A stretch of DNA of 64,000 nucleotides from Sphingobium sp. (GCA_035281605.1 DATEDR010000413.1:1623-65622); one strand, 5' to 3'; positions 22,864 through 33,238 are shown, counted from the first letter of the stretch. The notes: a model not told the origin generated them from the sequence alone. Numbers and translations are program-made.

Positions 22864-23118
22864 ATGCCCAGTTCACTTCGCTCACCCCAACAGCAGAAAC
22901 TTCGGGAAATCCTGATCGATGCCCGCAAGAACGCCAAGATGACGCAGACCGAATTGGCAACCCGGCTGGGACGCCACCAATCCTTTGTCGCCAAATATGA
23001 GTTGGGCGAGCGCCGGGTGGATGTGGTCGAGTTCGTAGCGGTGGCAAGAGCACTTGATCTCGAGCCGGGCGACCTGCTGGGCACTTATCTGAGCGCGCGT
23101 CAGGCCGAGGAAATCTGA
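22864..23118 (+). CDS. XRE helix-turn-helix regulator, QseC/controller-protein-like
   Basis: [38 protein letters not shown]. Confidence 0.85.
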   Translation: MPSSLRSPQQQKLREILIDARKNAKMTQTELATRLGRHQSFVAKYELGERRVDVVEFVAVARALDLEPGDLLGTYLSARQAEEI

Positions 23119-23210
23119 ACGCATTCCATGCGAAAATGACCAAACGCCCTTCCTTCCGTTGCGGCGTGCATGGCACTGGACATCGTCGGCTCATGAGCTT
23201 GCGAGAATTT

Positions 23211-23227
23211 TTGCGATTGGTTCGCAA
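23211..23227. promoter_or_regulatory. Fur-box-like dyad upstream of ECF sigma
   Basis: TTGCGA-ttggt-TCGCAA perfect dyad. Confidence 0.65.
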
Positions 23228-23235
23228 TAAGTGAA

Positions 23236-23796
23236 GTGCTACGCATCTCGCTGGTTGTCATTGATGAACAAGGGGAGCCGGTGCGGGTGTCCAAGATGGA
23301 TTCCCTCCAGGTCTTCGTCGCCGCTCAGGCGGAGCTTCTCCGTTACGCGGCAAGACTTACGGGGGATTCGACCGAAGCTGAGGATGTGGTGCAGGAAGCC
23401 TGGCTGCGCTTCCGTGCAGCGGCCAGTGCGCGCGTGCTTGACGAACCCAAAGGCTATCTTTTCCGCATCGTCCATAACCTTGTTTTGGATCGGCACAGGC
23501 GCCGGGTGCGCGAAAATCAGGTCTTCGCGTCGGATGCGACCGTCGCCGCCGCGTTGGTAGCGAGCGATGAACCCTCTCAGCAGAAGTATCTGGAAGCGAA
23601 GGACGAATTGGCGCTGCTTCACAAGGCCATGGCGCAACTGCCCATTCGGACCCGGCGGGCTTTCGAAATGCACCGTTTCGAGGAGATGAAGCTTGTGGAG
23701 ATCGCCGCTGAACTCGGCATCTCGAAAAGCCTAGCACAGGAACTAGTGATGGATGGTGTCGAACATTGCAAGAAGGCTCTGCGGCGCCGTGATTGA
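23236..23796 (+). CDS. ECF sigma-70 factor, FecI-like (true start probably 23281 or 23296)
   Basis: AEDVVQEAWLR region 2; LPIRTRRAFEMHRFE..EIAAELGIS region 4; followed by fecR. Confidence 0.9.
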   Translation: MLRISLVVIDEQGEPVRVSKMDSLQVFVAAQAELLRYAARLTGDSTEAEDVVQEAWLRFRAAASARVLDEPKGYLFRIVHNLVLDRHRRRVRENQVFASDATVAAALVASDEPSQQKYLEAKDELALLHKAMAQLPIRTRRAFEMHRFEEMKLVEIAAELGISKSLAQELVMDGVEHCKKALRRRD

Positions 23797-23808
23797 CCTT
23801 CTGCTGAA

Positions 23809-23838
23809 TTTTCCGGAATGCTTGGCGTCCCGTTCGTT
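23809..23838 (+). promoter_or_regulatory. ECF-sigma promoter motif, copy 1 (before fecR)
   Basis: TTTTCCGGAA-N16-CGTT, same architecture as 24921-24950. Confidence 0.7.
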
Positions 23839-23903
23839 CAATGCATGAAGCCATTCAGAACATTGGTCAGTGGGGCAGTGCAGAACGGCATGCGGAAGCG
23901 GGG

Positions 23904-24887
23904 ATGAAAACGGGGCCTGACAAGAATCATTGCCGGGGCGGCGATCTCAGCCGCCAAGCCTCCGCGTGGCTGGTGCAACTAGAGGATGCCCCGGAAGACG
24001 ATACACTGCGCGCGGAATTCATGGATTGGCTCGCGACCAGTCCGGCTCACCTCGCCGCCTGGGAGGAAACTGCCAGGGTCTCCGACCTGATAGTGCTTGC
24101 GGGGCCGTCACCTCAGATCATATCCTCCCTGCCGTCGGGATCGGCCAGACGCACCTGGTTTCGGAACACCCGGCCCGCTCGTGCGCTCGCCTCGCTTGCC
24201 GTGGCCGCCTGCTTTGTCTGGATTGCAGTGCCCTATGTCGCGCTTCAGCTTCAATCTGATGCGACCACCGGGGCCGGGGAACTCCGGCAGGTGACGCTTG
24301 ACGATGGGAGCAGGGTGCAACTGGCGCCCACCACGGCAATTGCCTTTTCCAACGATGCCGCAGGCCGCAGGTTGAAACTGCTTCGCGGCGAAGCCTGGTT
24401 TGACGTCACGCACGACGAAGCACATCCATTCAAAGTCATAGCCGGAGACAACACCGTCACCGTTCTCGGCACGGCCTTCTCGGTGCGCAAAACGGACAGC
24501 GGTACGGATGTTGCCGTTCAGCGCGGTCGTGTCGCCGTGACTGCGTCGGACGGGATGCGATCGGATCGCGTGGAACTGGTGGCGGGCCAGTCAGTGTCGA
24601 CGGATGGAACCGTGGTTACACGGGGCACAGTCCGTCCCGACCGCGTGGCGAGTTGGCGCGATGGGATTGCTATCGTCAATGATCTGCCAATTGGCGACGT
24701 GATCAATCGTATTCGTCCCTGGTATAAGGGTTATATCATCGCCAGAGGCCCGGGGCTGAGTGACCGTCATGTGAGCGGGATCTATGACCTGCGCGATCCC
24801 GATCTTGCGCTGAAGGCACTGGCGCGAGCGCATAAGGTTTCGGTTTCCCATGTCTCGCCGTGGCTGCGGATCGTGACTGTCCGCTAG
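23904..24887 (+). CDS. FecR-family anti-sigma/signal transducer
   Basis: QASAWLV..FMDWLATSPAH, TM helix, LDDGSRVQL, LLRGEAWF, VLGTAFSV, ASWRDG. Confidence 0.9.
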   Translation: MKTGPDKNHCRGGDLSRQASAWLVQLEDAPEDDTLRAEFMDWLATSPAHLAAWEETARVSDLIVLAGPSPQIISSLPSGSARRTWFRNTRPARALASLAVAACFVWIAVPYVALQLQSDATTGAGELRQVTLDDGSRVQLAPTTAIAFSNDAAGRRLKLLRGEAWFDVTHDEAHPFKVIAGDNTVTVLGTAFSVRKTDSGTDVAVQRGRVAVTASDGMRSDRVELVAGQSVSTDGTVVTRGTVRPDRVASWRDGIAIVNDLPIGDVINRIRPWYKGYIIARGPGLSDRHVSGIYDLRDPDLALKALARAHKVSVSHVSPWLRIVTVR

Positions 24888-24920
24888 GCGCGACGACACT
24901 TTTTTCTCTGTCATTCAGAT

Positions 24921-24973
24921 TTTTCCGGAATTCATCGGCCCTCCAACGTTAAGTTTATGCAACTGACTCGCAT
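24921..24973 (+). promoter_or_regulatory. ECF promoter motif copy 2 plus Fur-box-like site before haem receptor
   Basis: TTTTCCGGAA-N16-CGTT (24921-24950); ATGCAA-ctgac-TCGCAT (24957-24973). Confidence 0.7.
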
Positions 24974-25020
24974 TAGCGAATATAGTCAGTCATTGAACTG
25001 TAACGGAAGGAATTGGTCAG

Positions 25021-28000
25021 GTGAATTCGGGGGGTATTTTCCGGGAGTTTGGGAGGCGTCAGCTCTGGGTGCGGGCGCTGCTCGCTTCGGTCGCCGTTGG
25101 TGGCTTGAATACCTCAATGGCTGCACGGGCGCAGGTAACCGTTGCTGAAGAAGTGCGCTCGTTCGATATCGCGCCGCAATCGGTCGCGGACGCACTGGCA
25201 GATTTTGGCCGGCAATCTGGTCTCCAAGTCAGCATGGACGCCGATCAGGTCCGGGGGCTGTCCTCTCGGGGCGTCAAAGGCACGATGAGTGCTTCGCAGG
25301 CACTCGACCGCCTGCTTGCTTCCACCGGCCTTGTTGCGCGGATCGACGGCAACATCGTGTCTTTGCACTCCGCATCCATCGCGTCATCAGGCCCGATAGC
25401 GTCCGACACGATCGCGCTGGGTTCCCTGCGCGTGGAAGGCAGCGCCATGCCGGCCGGTGAAACCGGCGCGGAGCGTGACCAACGACAAAAGGACGCCGTC
25501 TACGATCAGGACCTTTCCTCCACCTACATGGGCAAGGAGGAAGTCGAGCGCTATAAGGGCACCAATCCCGCCGACGTGCTGAAGGGCATGGTCAATGTCT
25601 TCAGCGGGGACGCGCGCAACAGTGGGGCGATCGATCCCAGCATCCGTGGTATCCAGGGGCCGGGGCGCGTGCCCGTCATCATCGACGGGACCGAACAGGC
25701 ACTGACGGTCTGGCGCGGCTATAATGGCGCAAGCAACCGCAGCTATATCGATCCCAGCCTGATATCGGGCGTGCAGGTGCTCAAGGGTCCGGTCTCGACG
25801 CGCGACGTCAATGGATCGACCGGCGGTGCGGTCGTCATCAACACGCTCGACGCCGACGACATATTGCAACCGGGCCAGACATTCGGTTTCGAACTGAAGC
25901 TGGAGGGTGGCAACAATTCCACCTCGCCGCGCCTGCCTACGCTGCTGACGGGGCAGGACTATCGAACCGTGGAAGGGTTTCCGGGCACTCTGGGAACCCC
26001 AGGCTTGCCCAATTTCCCTTACGCCGATCCTACACTCCGGATCACGCCGCGCATGGCCGACGACAACGAATTCGTCTCGCTAGGCGACCAGGCGGCGCGC
26101 ATAGCGGTCGCGGGTCGTATCGGCGACTTCGATCTGTTCGGCGCCTACGCTTGGCGCAAACGGGGCAACTATTTCTCCGGAGAGCACAACGCTGGTTATT
26201 ATTCGCAAGATGATCTTGAATTGGCGCCAGACACCTTCGTTCGAATGCTTGGGCTCAACTACGAACCTGGCAATGAGGTGCCGAATACGTCAAGCGAGTT
26301 GGAGTCCTGGTTGCTTAAAGGCACCTGGCGCATCGCCGACGATCAGTATTTGCAGCTCGGCTTTCGTGACAGCCGCTCGAAATATGGTGAGATCATTCCC
26401 TCGCGGATCATCTCCTCATTCGGGTTTGGCAATATCCAGTGGCCGCTGAGCAAGGTTCATGCCCAGGCCTACAACGCTGAGTATAAATGGCAGCCGGAAA
26501 GTCCGTGGATCGATTTGAAAGCCCAATTGTGGGCAACCCATACGGTCAGCGACACCTATAGCGCTGGCGGTTTTCCCAATGCGGCATCGAGCGACGCCCC
26601 GGTCATCACCAACACGGCACTCGGCAATGCGAGGAACAATCGTTTCGGCCTGACGGCAAGCAATCAGATGAAGCTGTCATCACGGTTCGACCTGCTGCTG
26701 GAAGGAAACTGGAGCCGTGAAAAACTGCGGTCAGATGACGAGTATAGCGATGCTATCGCCAATGGCTGGCGCCAATATCCCCGTGCGGGCCGGAGAGAGG
26801 AATATCGGATCAGCCTGAAAGGCGAATGGCGGCCGACAAGCTTTCTCAAGTTCAATGCCGGCCTCACCTATTCGGGATACTGGGCGCATGACGACTTTCT
26901 GGAGGAATTAATCGGCATTCGAGGTGGATCGATCGACAATGTCGTGACCTCGGACTACGGGACGAGCTACCAGACCGAAGAGTTCGGCGTCGACGCCTAT
27001 CGGACGCAGCAGATCGCGTTCTGGGAAGGTTTTGGCCTACCGTCCGACCTGGCGGCAGTCTTCGCCGATGCCGACACGCAGGTTTATGCCGCAAATCCCT
27101 ACCCATTCAACACCACCCATGCCGGGCCGTTGTGGCAAGCCGATGCGCAAGGCAAATATCATCGCGCTGACAACATCTGCGTCAACGGATTCCTGAACGG
27201 CGTTGCTAACTATGTCGCGGATTCATGCTCTGTTTCGGTCAATTCGCAGTCGATTGTGGCGACAGCCGAGTCGAAGCGAAAGTCCGGCCATGGCTGGGCG
27301 CCGATGGTATCGGCGACCGCCTATCTTTCGGGCGGCAGCCGCGCCTATCTGCGCTATGCCGAAGCTTACCGCTTTCCGAGCATGTTCGAGAGCACGATCG
27401 GTTTTTCGGCATCGATCAACCCGCTCGAAATGTTGAAGCCCGAACACATCTATTCCTGGGAGGCGGCCTATGTTCAGGACCTCCGTGACTTTTTCGGTTT
27501 AGGCGCAGGGCAACATGCCGACTTGAAGCTGACCTGGTATCGCAACACGACCAGGGATGTGATCGAGCGCTCGACACAGCTCATGTTCTTCAACCTTGAA
27601 AAGCAGGTGATCGAAGGGCTGGAGCTGCAGGCACGCTTCGACAACGGTCGCTTCTTTACCGAAATCGGCGCCGCCCACATGCTCAAGAACAAAGTATGCG
27701 ACGCCAGCTTCGCGATCCTCAAGGATCCTTCGCGTGGCCGGGTGCCGGACTGCGTCAAATATGGTTTTGTTTCCAGCTATCTGCTGACCCAAGCCACCCC
27801 CGAAGATACCATCAACTGGTCGTTTGGCGGCCGTTTCCTTGATCGCCGGCTCGAAATTGGCGGGCGGCTGATCTGGTACAGCGCCTACGACAATCCCCAG
27901 CTCGACGAATTCATAGGCGGCCCCATCGCGGATCGGATCGGCGGTTACGCACTCAATGTGCCCTATAAATGGGACGAAATCGTCACTCTCGATGCCTACG

Positions 28001-28143
28001 CGACATTTCGTCTCAACGATCGCTTCACGGCCGAGCTGGTCGGAACGAATCTGACCGACCGTTACTATCTCGATCCGCTCAGCCGCTCACTTACCCCAGC
28101 GCCGGGGCGCACGGTTCGCCTCAGTCTCACAGGGCGATTCTGA
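25021..28143 (+). CDS. TonB-dependent haem/hemophore receptor with N-terminal signalling (STN) domain
   Basis: FDIAPQ..FGRQSG STN domain; GDARNSGAIDPSIRGIQG plug; YRFPSMFE (FRAP-like), NP..LKPE (NPNL-like); NLTDRYYLDP, terminal Phe. Confidence 0.88.
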   Translation: MNSGGIFREFGRRQLWVRALLASVAVGGLNTSMAARAQVTVAEEVRSFDIAPQSVADALADFGRQSGLQVSMDADQVRGLSSRGVKGTMSASQALDRLLASTGLVARIDGNIVSLHSASIASSGPIASDTIALGSLRVEGSAMPAGETGAERDQRQKDAVYDQDLSSTYMGKEEVERYKGTNPADVLKGMVNVFSGDARNSGAIDPSIRGIQGPGRVPVIIDGTEQALTVWRGYNGASNRSYIDPSLISGVQVLKGPVSTRDVNGSTGGAVVINTLDADDILQPGQTFGFELKLEGGNNSTSPRLPTLLTGQDYRTVEGFPGTLGTPGLPNFPYADPTLRITPRMADDNEFVSLGDQAARIAVAGRIGDFDLFGAYAWRKRGNYFSGEHNAGYYSQDDLELAPDTFVRMLGLNYEPGNEVPNTSSELESWLLKGTWRIADDQYLQLGFRDSRSKYGEIIPSRIISSFGFGNIQWPLSKVHAQAYNAEYKWQPESPWIDLKAQLWATHTVSDTYSAGGFPNAASSDAPVITNTALGNARNNRFGLTASNQMKLSSRFDLLLEGNWSREKLRSDDEYSDAIANGWRQYPRAGRREEYRISLKGEWRPTSFLKFNAGLTYSGYWAHDDFLEELIGIRGGSIDNVVTSDYGTSYQTEEFGVDAYRTQQIAFWEGFGLPSDLAAVFADADTQVYAANPYPFNTTHAGPLWQADAQGKYHRADNICVNGFLNGVANYVADSCSVSVNSQSIVATAESKRKSGHGWAPMVSATAYLSGGSRAYLRYAEAYRFPSMFESTIGFSASINPLEMLKPEHIYSWEAAYVQDLRDFFGLGAGQHADLKLTWYRNTTRDVIERSTQLMFFNLEKQVIEGLELQARFDNGRFFTEIGAAHMLKNKVCDASFAILKDPSRGRVPDCVKYGFVSSYLLTQATPEDTINWSFGGRFLDRRLEIGGRLIWYSAYDNPQLDEFIGGPIADRIGGYALNVPYKWDEIVTLDAYATFRLNDRFTAELVGTNLTDRYYLDPLSRSLTPAPGRTVRLSLTGRF

Positions 28144-28257
28144 TCATGGAAATTCAGGGACGCCACCGTTTCCCGATCCTTGCAACGGCTGGGAAACAGC
28201 GGCGAACCCTGGAGGCAAGCGCCTGTTTACAGGCAACTCGAACGTAGGAGAATTAGC

Positions 28258-29031
28258 ATGAAACTCTCGAATCTCAACCGGATTGCTATTGCGCTTGTCG
28301 CATCGGCATCCTTCGCCGGGACTGCCCATGCCGGCATATATGGAGCTTCCAGCGACACCAGCGAGGTCACGATCGGGACCAGCAACGTCAATGCTGGACC
28401 GCATGTGGCCGGCCGACCCGGCATCGGTGTCCCAGCTATGCCTGGTGCGATCGTTGATTTCCAAGGTCTCCAATCCTCGGTTGGCACGGACGGCAATGGA
28501 GTCAGCACTATCAACGCCGGGACCAGCGTTCCTACCGATCACAGCAATCTTGGCGTCTTTCATTTCGCCAAGGTCGGCAGCGCCAACCTCTACTTCGGCG
28601 AATGGTCGCAGACGTCGAGTGTCGGGGACGGTACGCACACCGTTTATTATGCGGGTGATGACGGCGGCACCACCAGCGTTCCTACCAGCGGTTCGGCGAC
28701 CTATTCCGTCAAGGGCGTCAGCGATTATGCCAACAAGGGCCTGCTGACCGGCACTTTCACCGCCAACTTTGGATCGGGTACATCAGGGACGCTGTCCGGC
28801 AGCATTGCCAATTCCGTTTCAGGCTATGCCGTCAACATCGGCACAGCGACGATCGCTGGCACCAACTTCGCGGGCACCGGCGCAACAGCGACGCAGTCGG
28901 GCAGTACCGTGGCGTCGAGTGGCATCGTTTCGGGCCGCTTCTTCGGCGCAAACGCGGCCGCGCTGGCCGGCATCGTGAACTTCTCTTCCGCGCGCCAATA
29001 CAACACCGCGTTCGGTGGCACGAAGAACTGA
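28258..29031 (+). CDS. Secreted hemophilin/HphA-like hemophore (Slam substrate)
   Basis: Sec signal (AHA); PTDHSNLGVFHFAKVG..LYFGEWSQ..HTVYY handle domain; TbpB-like barrel ending AFGGTKN; RBS AGGAG. Confidence 0.8.
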   Translation: MKLSNLNRIAIALVASASFAGTAHAGIYGASSDTSEVTIGTSNVNAGPHVAGRPGIGVPAMPGAIVDFQGLQSSVGTDGNGVSTINAGTSVPTDHSNLGVFHFAKVGSANLYFGEWSQTSSVGDGTHTVYYAGDDGGTTSVPTSGSATYSVKGVSDYANKGLLTGTFTANFGSGTSGTLSGSIANSVSGYAVNIGTATIAGTNFAGTGATATQSGSTVASSGIVSGRFFGANAAALAGIVNFSSARQYNTAFGGTKN

Positions 29032-29063
29032 ACCTTCGCAGCCGCCACGGCAATGGGACAGGG

Positions 29064-30629
29064 GTGCCGCATGGCGCCTCTGTTTCCCGGCCATTCCCCT
29101 TTCTTCCATCAGGGCTCCCGCATTTCGTGACGACTTATCGTGCCCAATTTCTTTACCGGCTTGCCTGGAGCCTTGCCATGTCTAGCACCTTTGCTGGCAC
29201 CGCGGCCGCGCAGACTTCGGGCAATGCCGATACCCGGCTGCGCCTCGACCAGAGCCTCGATAATCAGAACGCCGAGGTCGAACGGCAATTGCTGAAGGAT
29301 GCCGACGATCTGGACGGCGTTCCATCGACCATCGAGATCGATGGCAAGACGTACGCGGTCGCCAATATGGTCAGCGATGTCGGCGAGGCGCTCTATGTCG
29401 CCGTTGCACGCAGGCAATGGCCAGACGTCCGGCGCTTTCTCCAAGCCTATCTGGCATTCGAAGATCGTGACCTGATGCTTGTCGCTTATGCGCGGGGGGC
29501 GCTTGCGCGGACTGCCGGCAAGCTGACTGAAGCAGAACGCCAGTACCGGACACTTCTTGGCCTGCAGCCCGATTTCGTGCCTGGCCAACTTGAGCTGGCG
29601 CGCGCGCTGTTCGAGAACCACAAGGATCGCGAGGCGCGCCATCTGTTCGAAGCCGCCCGCGCTGCCCTTTTGAACGAAGGCGACAAGGCGACGGGCGTCC
29701 TTCGGACCATCGACAGCTTTACGCAAGCTCTCGCCAAGCGGCGCGGCTGGCAGGGCTCGATCGCCTTGGGGCCGGGTTACAGCAGCAATCTCAACCAGTC
29801 GTCGGCCAGCTATACCTGCCTGCTCGCAGGAGAGGACGGTACTTGCCTCATCGACCGCAAGGTGCCCGATCCGATTCAGGCGACGGGCATCAACTTCGAG
29901 AGCAGCATCAGCCGCCGCATTCCGCTTCGCGGACACAGCGGCATTAACGAGCGCGTGCTGTTCTACGGTGATATCTATCCCGACCATGGCAGGTACAGCC
30001 AGACCACGCTGACGACCCAGCTGGGCTATGATTATCGCACCGCCCGGACCAGTTTCACGCTGTCGCCTTCATTCGACATCGGATCGCTTGGCCCGGATAT
30101 CCTCTACGATGCCGTTGGCATCCGGGCGGAAACGATGGTCAATCCTTCCGCGACGACTGCAGTCCGGATTGAACTCAGCCGTCGCTGGTTCAACTATCGT
30201 CTGCCGTCTTACCAGGATCACGATGGTGCACTAACCGAAGCCTTGCTGACCGGTTGGAAAGTGCTCCCGCACGGCTGGACGGTGTTCGCTGGGCCAGACT
30301 TCACCGCCAAGGAAGCGGATGATCCGGTCAATGCCTACCGCCAATATGGCTTGCGGCTCGGCGTGAACAAGCAGTTCGGGCAGGCCGTCAACCTGCTCGC
30401 CTTCGCTTCGCTGCGGCAGCGCGATTATCGCGCCTATAGTGAACTGCTGGAGGCCAAGCGCCGCGATCGCGAACAGAATTATGTCGCCAATGTCCGGTTT
30501 CTTGCGCTGCGTTTTGCCGGCCTGACGCCCAGTCTTCTTGTCCAACACAGCCGCGTCAGCAGCACTGTCGACTGGCTTTACTCTTACCGAAAAACCAGCC
30601 TGGCAGTGAGGATGGACTATGCCTTCTAA
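29064..30629 (+). CDS. Slam/DUF560 (type XI secretion) outer-membrane translocon; start uncertain
   Basis: TPR region (QLELARALFENHKD), beta-barrel starting WQGSIALGPGYSSNLN, terminal YAF; follows hemophilin. Confidence 0.8.
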   Translation: MPHGASVSRPFPFLPSGLPHFVTTYRAQFLYRLAWSLAMSSTFAGTAAAQTSGNADTRLRLDQSLDNQNAEVERQLLKDADDLDGVPSTIEIDGKTYAVANMVSDVGEALYVAVARRQWPDVRRFLQAYLAFEDRDLMLVAYARGALARTAGKLTEAERQYRTLLGLQPDFVPGQLELARALFENHKDREARHLFEAARAALLNEGDKATGVLRTIDSFTQALAKRRGWQGSIALGPGYSSNLNQSSASYTCLLAGEDGTCLIDRKVPDPIQATGINFESSISRRIPLRGHSGINERVLFYGDIYPDHGRYSQTTLTTQLGYDYRTARTSFTLSPSFDIGSLGPDILYDAVGIRAETMVNPSATTAVRIELSRRWFNYRLPSYQDHDGALTEALLTGWKVLPHGWTVFAGPDFTAKEADDPVNAYRQYGLRLGVNKQFGQAVNLLAFASLRQRDYRAYSELLEAKRRDREQNYVANVRFLALRFAGLTPSLLVQHSRVSSTVDWLYSYRKTSLAVRMDYAF

Positions 30630-30708
30630 CGTTCGCCGACCCGGCCCCGCGTCCTGCTTTCAGGCTGCTTGCCCCAGCCCCTCATCTTTCATCGCAACAG
30701 GAGCATCT

Positions 30709-31302
30709 ATGACGACTGATATTCTCGAACCTTCCCGCGCCAAGCGTTTGAAGGCGCTTACCCACGAAACCCATGACCGGCTCGACAAGTCGATCGTGGC
30801 GGCCGCTTCCTTCGCTACCGTCGAAGGCTATGGCCGGTTCGTCACGGTCCAGTATCTTTTCCATCGGGACATCGACGCGCTGTATGACAATGCAGCCTTG
30901 CAGGCGCTTTTGCCCGGCCTGTTGGAACGGCGGCGCCTGCCGCTGATCGCCGCCGACCTTGCCGACCTCGGCCTAGCCATTCCTCATGACGACACGCCAC
31001 CGGCGTTTTCGGCGACCGATGTTATAGATATTTCTGCGGCGCTGGGCTGGCTCTATGTGGCCGAAGGGTCGAACATGGGCGCGGCCCTACTCCGCAAGGA
31101 AGCGGCCAGGATTGGCCTTTCCGACGAACATGGCGCACGATATCTCGCGCCTGCCGCCGAGGGCCCCGCGGCGCACTGGCGCGCGTTCACCGCGGCTCTC
31201 GATGCGGCGGAACTTTCTGCCGAGGAAGACGCCCGCGCGGTGGCAGGTGCGAATGCCGCATTCGCACGTGTGCAGGCACTGGTCGATGCCCACATTGGCT
31301 GA
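30709..31302 (+). CDS. hemO: Biliverdin-producing haem oxygenase (HemO/PigA)
   Basis: LKALTHETHDRLD proximal His; LGWLYVAEGSNMGA; WRAF. Confidence 0.88.
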   Translation: MTTDILEPSRAKRLKALTHETHDRLDKSIVAAASFATVEGYGRFVTVQYLFHRDIDALYDNAALQALLPGLLERRRLPLIAADLADLGLAIPHDDTPPAFSATDVIDISAALGWLYVAEGSNMGAALLRKEAARIGLSDEHGARYLAPAAEGPAAHWRAFTAALDAAELSAEEDARAVAGANAAFARVQALVDAHIG

Positions 31303-31738
31303 ATCTGGGGCTGAACCCGGCACTAAGCCCACGACCGAAGCCTTGCTCCGGCGCGGGCGTGTAGTCCGATCCGGCTGGCTGGTGCTTGGTCTGTCGCTGG
31401 TGGCTGTGGGATTTGTCGGCATCTTCGTGCCGCTCCTCCCCACCACTGACTTCATGCTGCTGGCGTTGCCCTGTTTTGCGAGGTCTTCACCTCGGTTGGA
31501 AGCCTGGCTTCTGAGTCACCCACGCTTCGGCCCCAGCCTTCGCGCGTGGCGGGAAACTGGCGCCGTTCCGCGTCACGCCAAGGTTGCGGCCTGCATCGGC
31601 ATGACGGCTGGTTACGGGCTGTTCTGGCTGCAAGTGCGGCCGAATTTGGGTCTGGCCGTCGCGGTGGCGGCGGGGATGCTGGCTACCGCCATATGGATCA
31701 TCCGCCGTCCGACGCCGGGGATCAGCAATGAGGGATAA
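31286..31738 (+). CDS. YbaN/DUF454 membrane protein
   Basis: GIFVPLLPTTDFMLLA..CFARSSPRLEAWLL.HPRFGP. Confidence 0.88.
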   Translation: MPTLAESGAEPGTKPTTEALLRRGRVVRSGWLVLGLSLVAVGFVGIFVPLLPTTDFMLLALPCFARSSPRLEAWLLSHPRFGPSLRAWRETGAVPRHAKVAACIGMTAGYGLFWLQVRPNLGLAVAVAAGMLATAIWIIRRPTPGISNEG

Positions 31739-32585
31739 TCTGCAACGGGTGCCGGACGATGAAGGCGAATTGCTCGCCAGCAACATCGCCATGGTTTCCT
31801 ATCGATTTGATCAACGTACCGCCGAAGGCGACAAGGACGATCCGACCAAGGCCAATTATGCCGTTCCAGGCCATAGCCGCTATTGCGATCAGCCGATGGA
31901 CTGGCGAACGCGGCTGTTCGGAATCGCCGGCACTGCGGCGGTTGCCGCTCTTGTGTTGGGATGTGCGCTTTTTACGTGGCAGGTTGTGCATCCGATGGTC
32001 GTTGCGCCGTCCGCTCCATTAGTCGTCGAATTGCAGCCTCTCGCAGCGCCTCCGGAGCCGCCTCGTGAGGTTGCCACTGGTCCAAAGCAGGTTGAACGAC
32101 AGGAAGATCGACCCAAGCCAGAGCCCGCAATAGTGGCACCGCCGCCGATGGTGCAGCTTCCCCAGACCACGTCGTTGATGCGCGAATTACGCGAGCCAGT
32201 GGAAGCGGTGATCGACCCCGGTCCGCCCGTTCCCGAAACCACAGCGCCCAAGAGTGTCGCAGCGCCTGCCGCGACCAACCTTTCCAGCGACACGAAGCAG
32301 AAGTGGGAAGCACGGTTGCTGGCGCATCTGGAACACTATCGCCGCTTTCCCTCGCGCGCCCGCGCGGCTCGCCAGCAAGGCACGGTGCAGATCCGGTTTC
32401 GGATGAACCGGACCGGTTCCGTCCTCACCGCGTCGGTGCTGCGAAGCTCCGGCTTCACGACATTGGATCAGGCGGCTCTCGACACATTGAAACGGGCACA
32501 ACCCTTGCCCGCCATTCCCAAGGACATGCCCGACGAAGTCGAACTCACCATCCCGGTCGAATTCTATCTGGGTTCACGGCGATGA
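31728..32585 (+). CDS. tonB: Energy transducer TonB
   Basis: TM anchor, Pro-rich linker, RRFPSRAR..QGTVQIRF..SSG...LDQAAL C-terminal domain. Confidence 0.88.
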   Translation: MRDNLQRVPDDEGELLASNIAMVSYRFDQRTAEGDKDDPTKANYAVPGHSRYCDQPMDWRTRLFGIAGTAAVAALVLGCALFTWQVVHPMVVAPSAPLVVELQPLAAPPEPPREVATGPKQVERQEDRPKPEPAIVAPPPMVQLPQTTSLMRELREPVEAVIDPGPPVPETTAPKSVAAPAATNLSSDTKQKWEARLLAHLEHYRRFPSRARAARQQGTVQIRFRMNRTGSVLTASVLRSSGFTTLDQAALDTLKRAQPLPAIPKDMPDEVELTIPVEFYLGSRR

Positions 32586-33238
32586 ACTTACGCGAAGGGT
32601 TCGAGGAGCGGGATAATTTCCATCAATCGACCGGCCGCCGGTGGGGGTTGGCCGCGATGACCGCCCTGCTGACGAGTTGTGGCGGCGTCCAGGATGCGAC
32701 AGAGAGCAACTTCCGCGCGGCCCTGCAAAGCTGGTTCGACGAGCATGGCGAATGCGTGAACGTCGGCGACATGCCCGCGAAAATCCGTGTCGGCACACAT
32801 TCCCGCATCAGGACAGGCTATGAAGCCATGGTCGCGGCGGGCTTGCTGACGATCGAGAAAAGGCGGGAAGAGCAGCCGTCCTATTCGGGCAAAAATCGGC
32901 TCATCGACTATCTCGTCTACCGGCCGACCAGTGAAGGTGCCAAATTCATCGGCAAGGCGGCCGACGCCTCTCTTGGTCGCAATGAGCTCTGCTTCGCTCG
33001 GCGCCACGTTATCGAAGTCATGTCCTGGACGCAGCCCGGTGAGTTGATGGGCCTGCGTGTTTCGCAGGTCCGCTACAACTACCGGCTCGACGATATTGCG
33101 CCCTGGAGCGCCGACCCCGGCCTGCGCGCGGCCTTTCCCAGAATGGCGAGGGCGGTGAGTATTCGGCAGGGTGAAGACAAGGCTTCACTGATATTGACCA
33201 ACGAAGGCTGGCGGCATGAAAAAACTTTCCGCCGATAG
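32582..33238 (+). CDS. Hypothetical lipoprotein
   Basis: ATG overlaps tonB stop; lipobox LTSC. Confidence 0.65.
   Translation: MNLREGFEERDNFHQSTGRRWGLAAMTALLTSCGGVQDATESNFRAALQSWFDEHGECVNVGDMPAKIRVGTHSRIRTGYEAMVAAGLLTIEKRREEQPSYSGKNRLIDYLVYRPTSEGAKFIGKAADASLGRNELCFARRHVIEVMSWTQPGELMGLRVSQVRYNYRLDDIAPWSADPGLRAAFPRMARAVSIRQGEDKASLILTNEGWRHEKTFRR

Noticed and set aside
22770-23084. N-terminal extension of the 202-aa ORF 22476-23084
   Set aside because: It overlaps the XRE gene and operators on the other strand; similarity to QseM begins only near 22769
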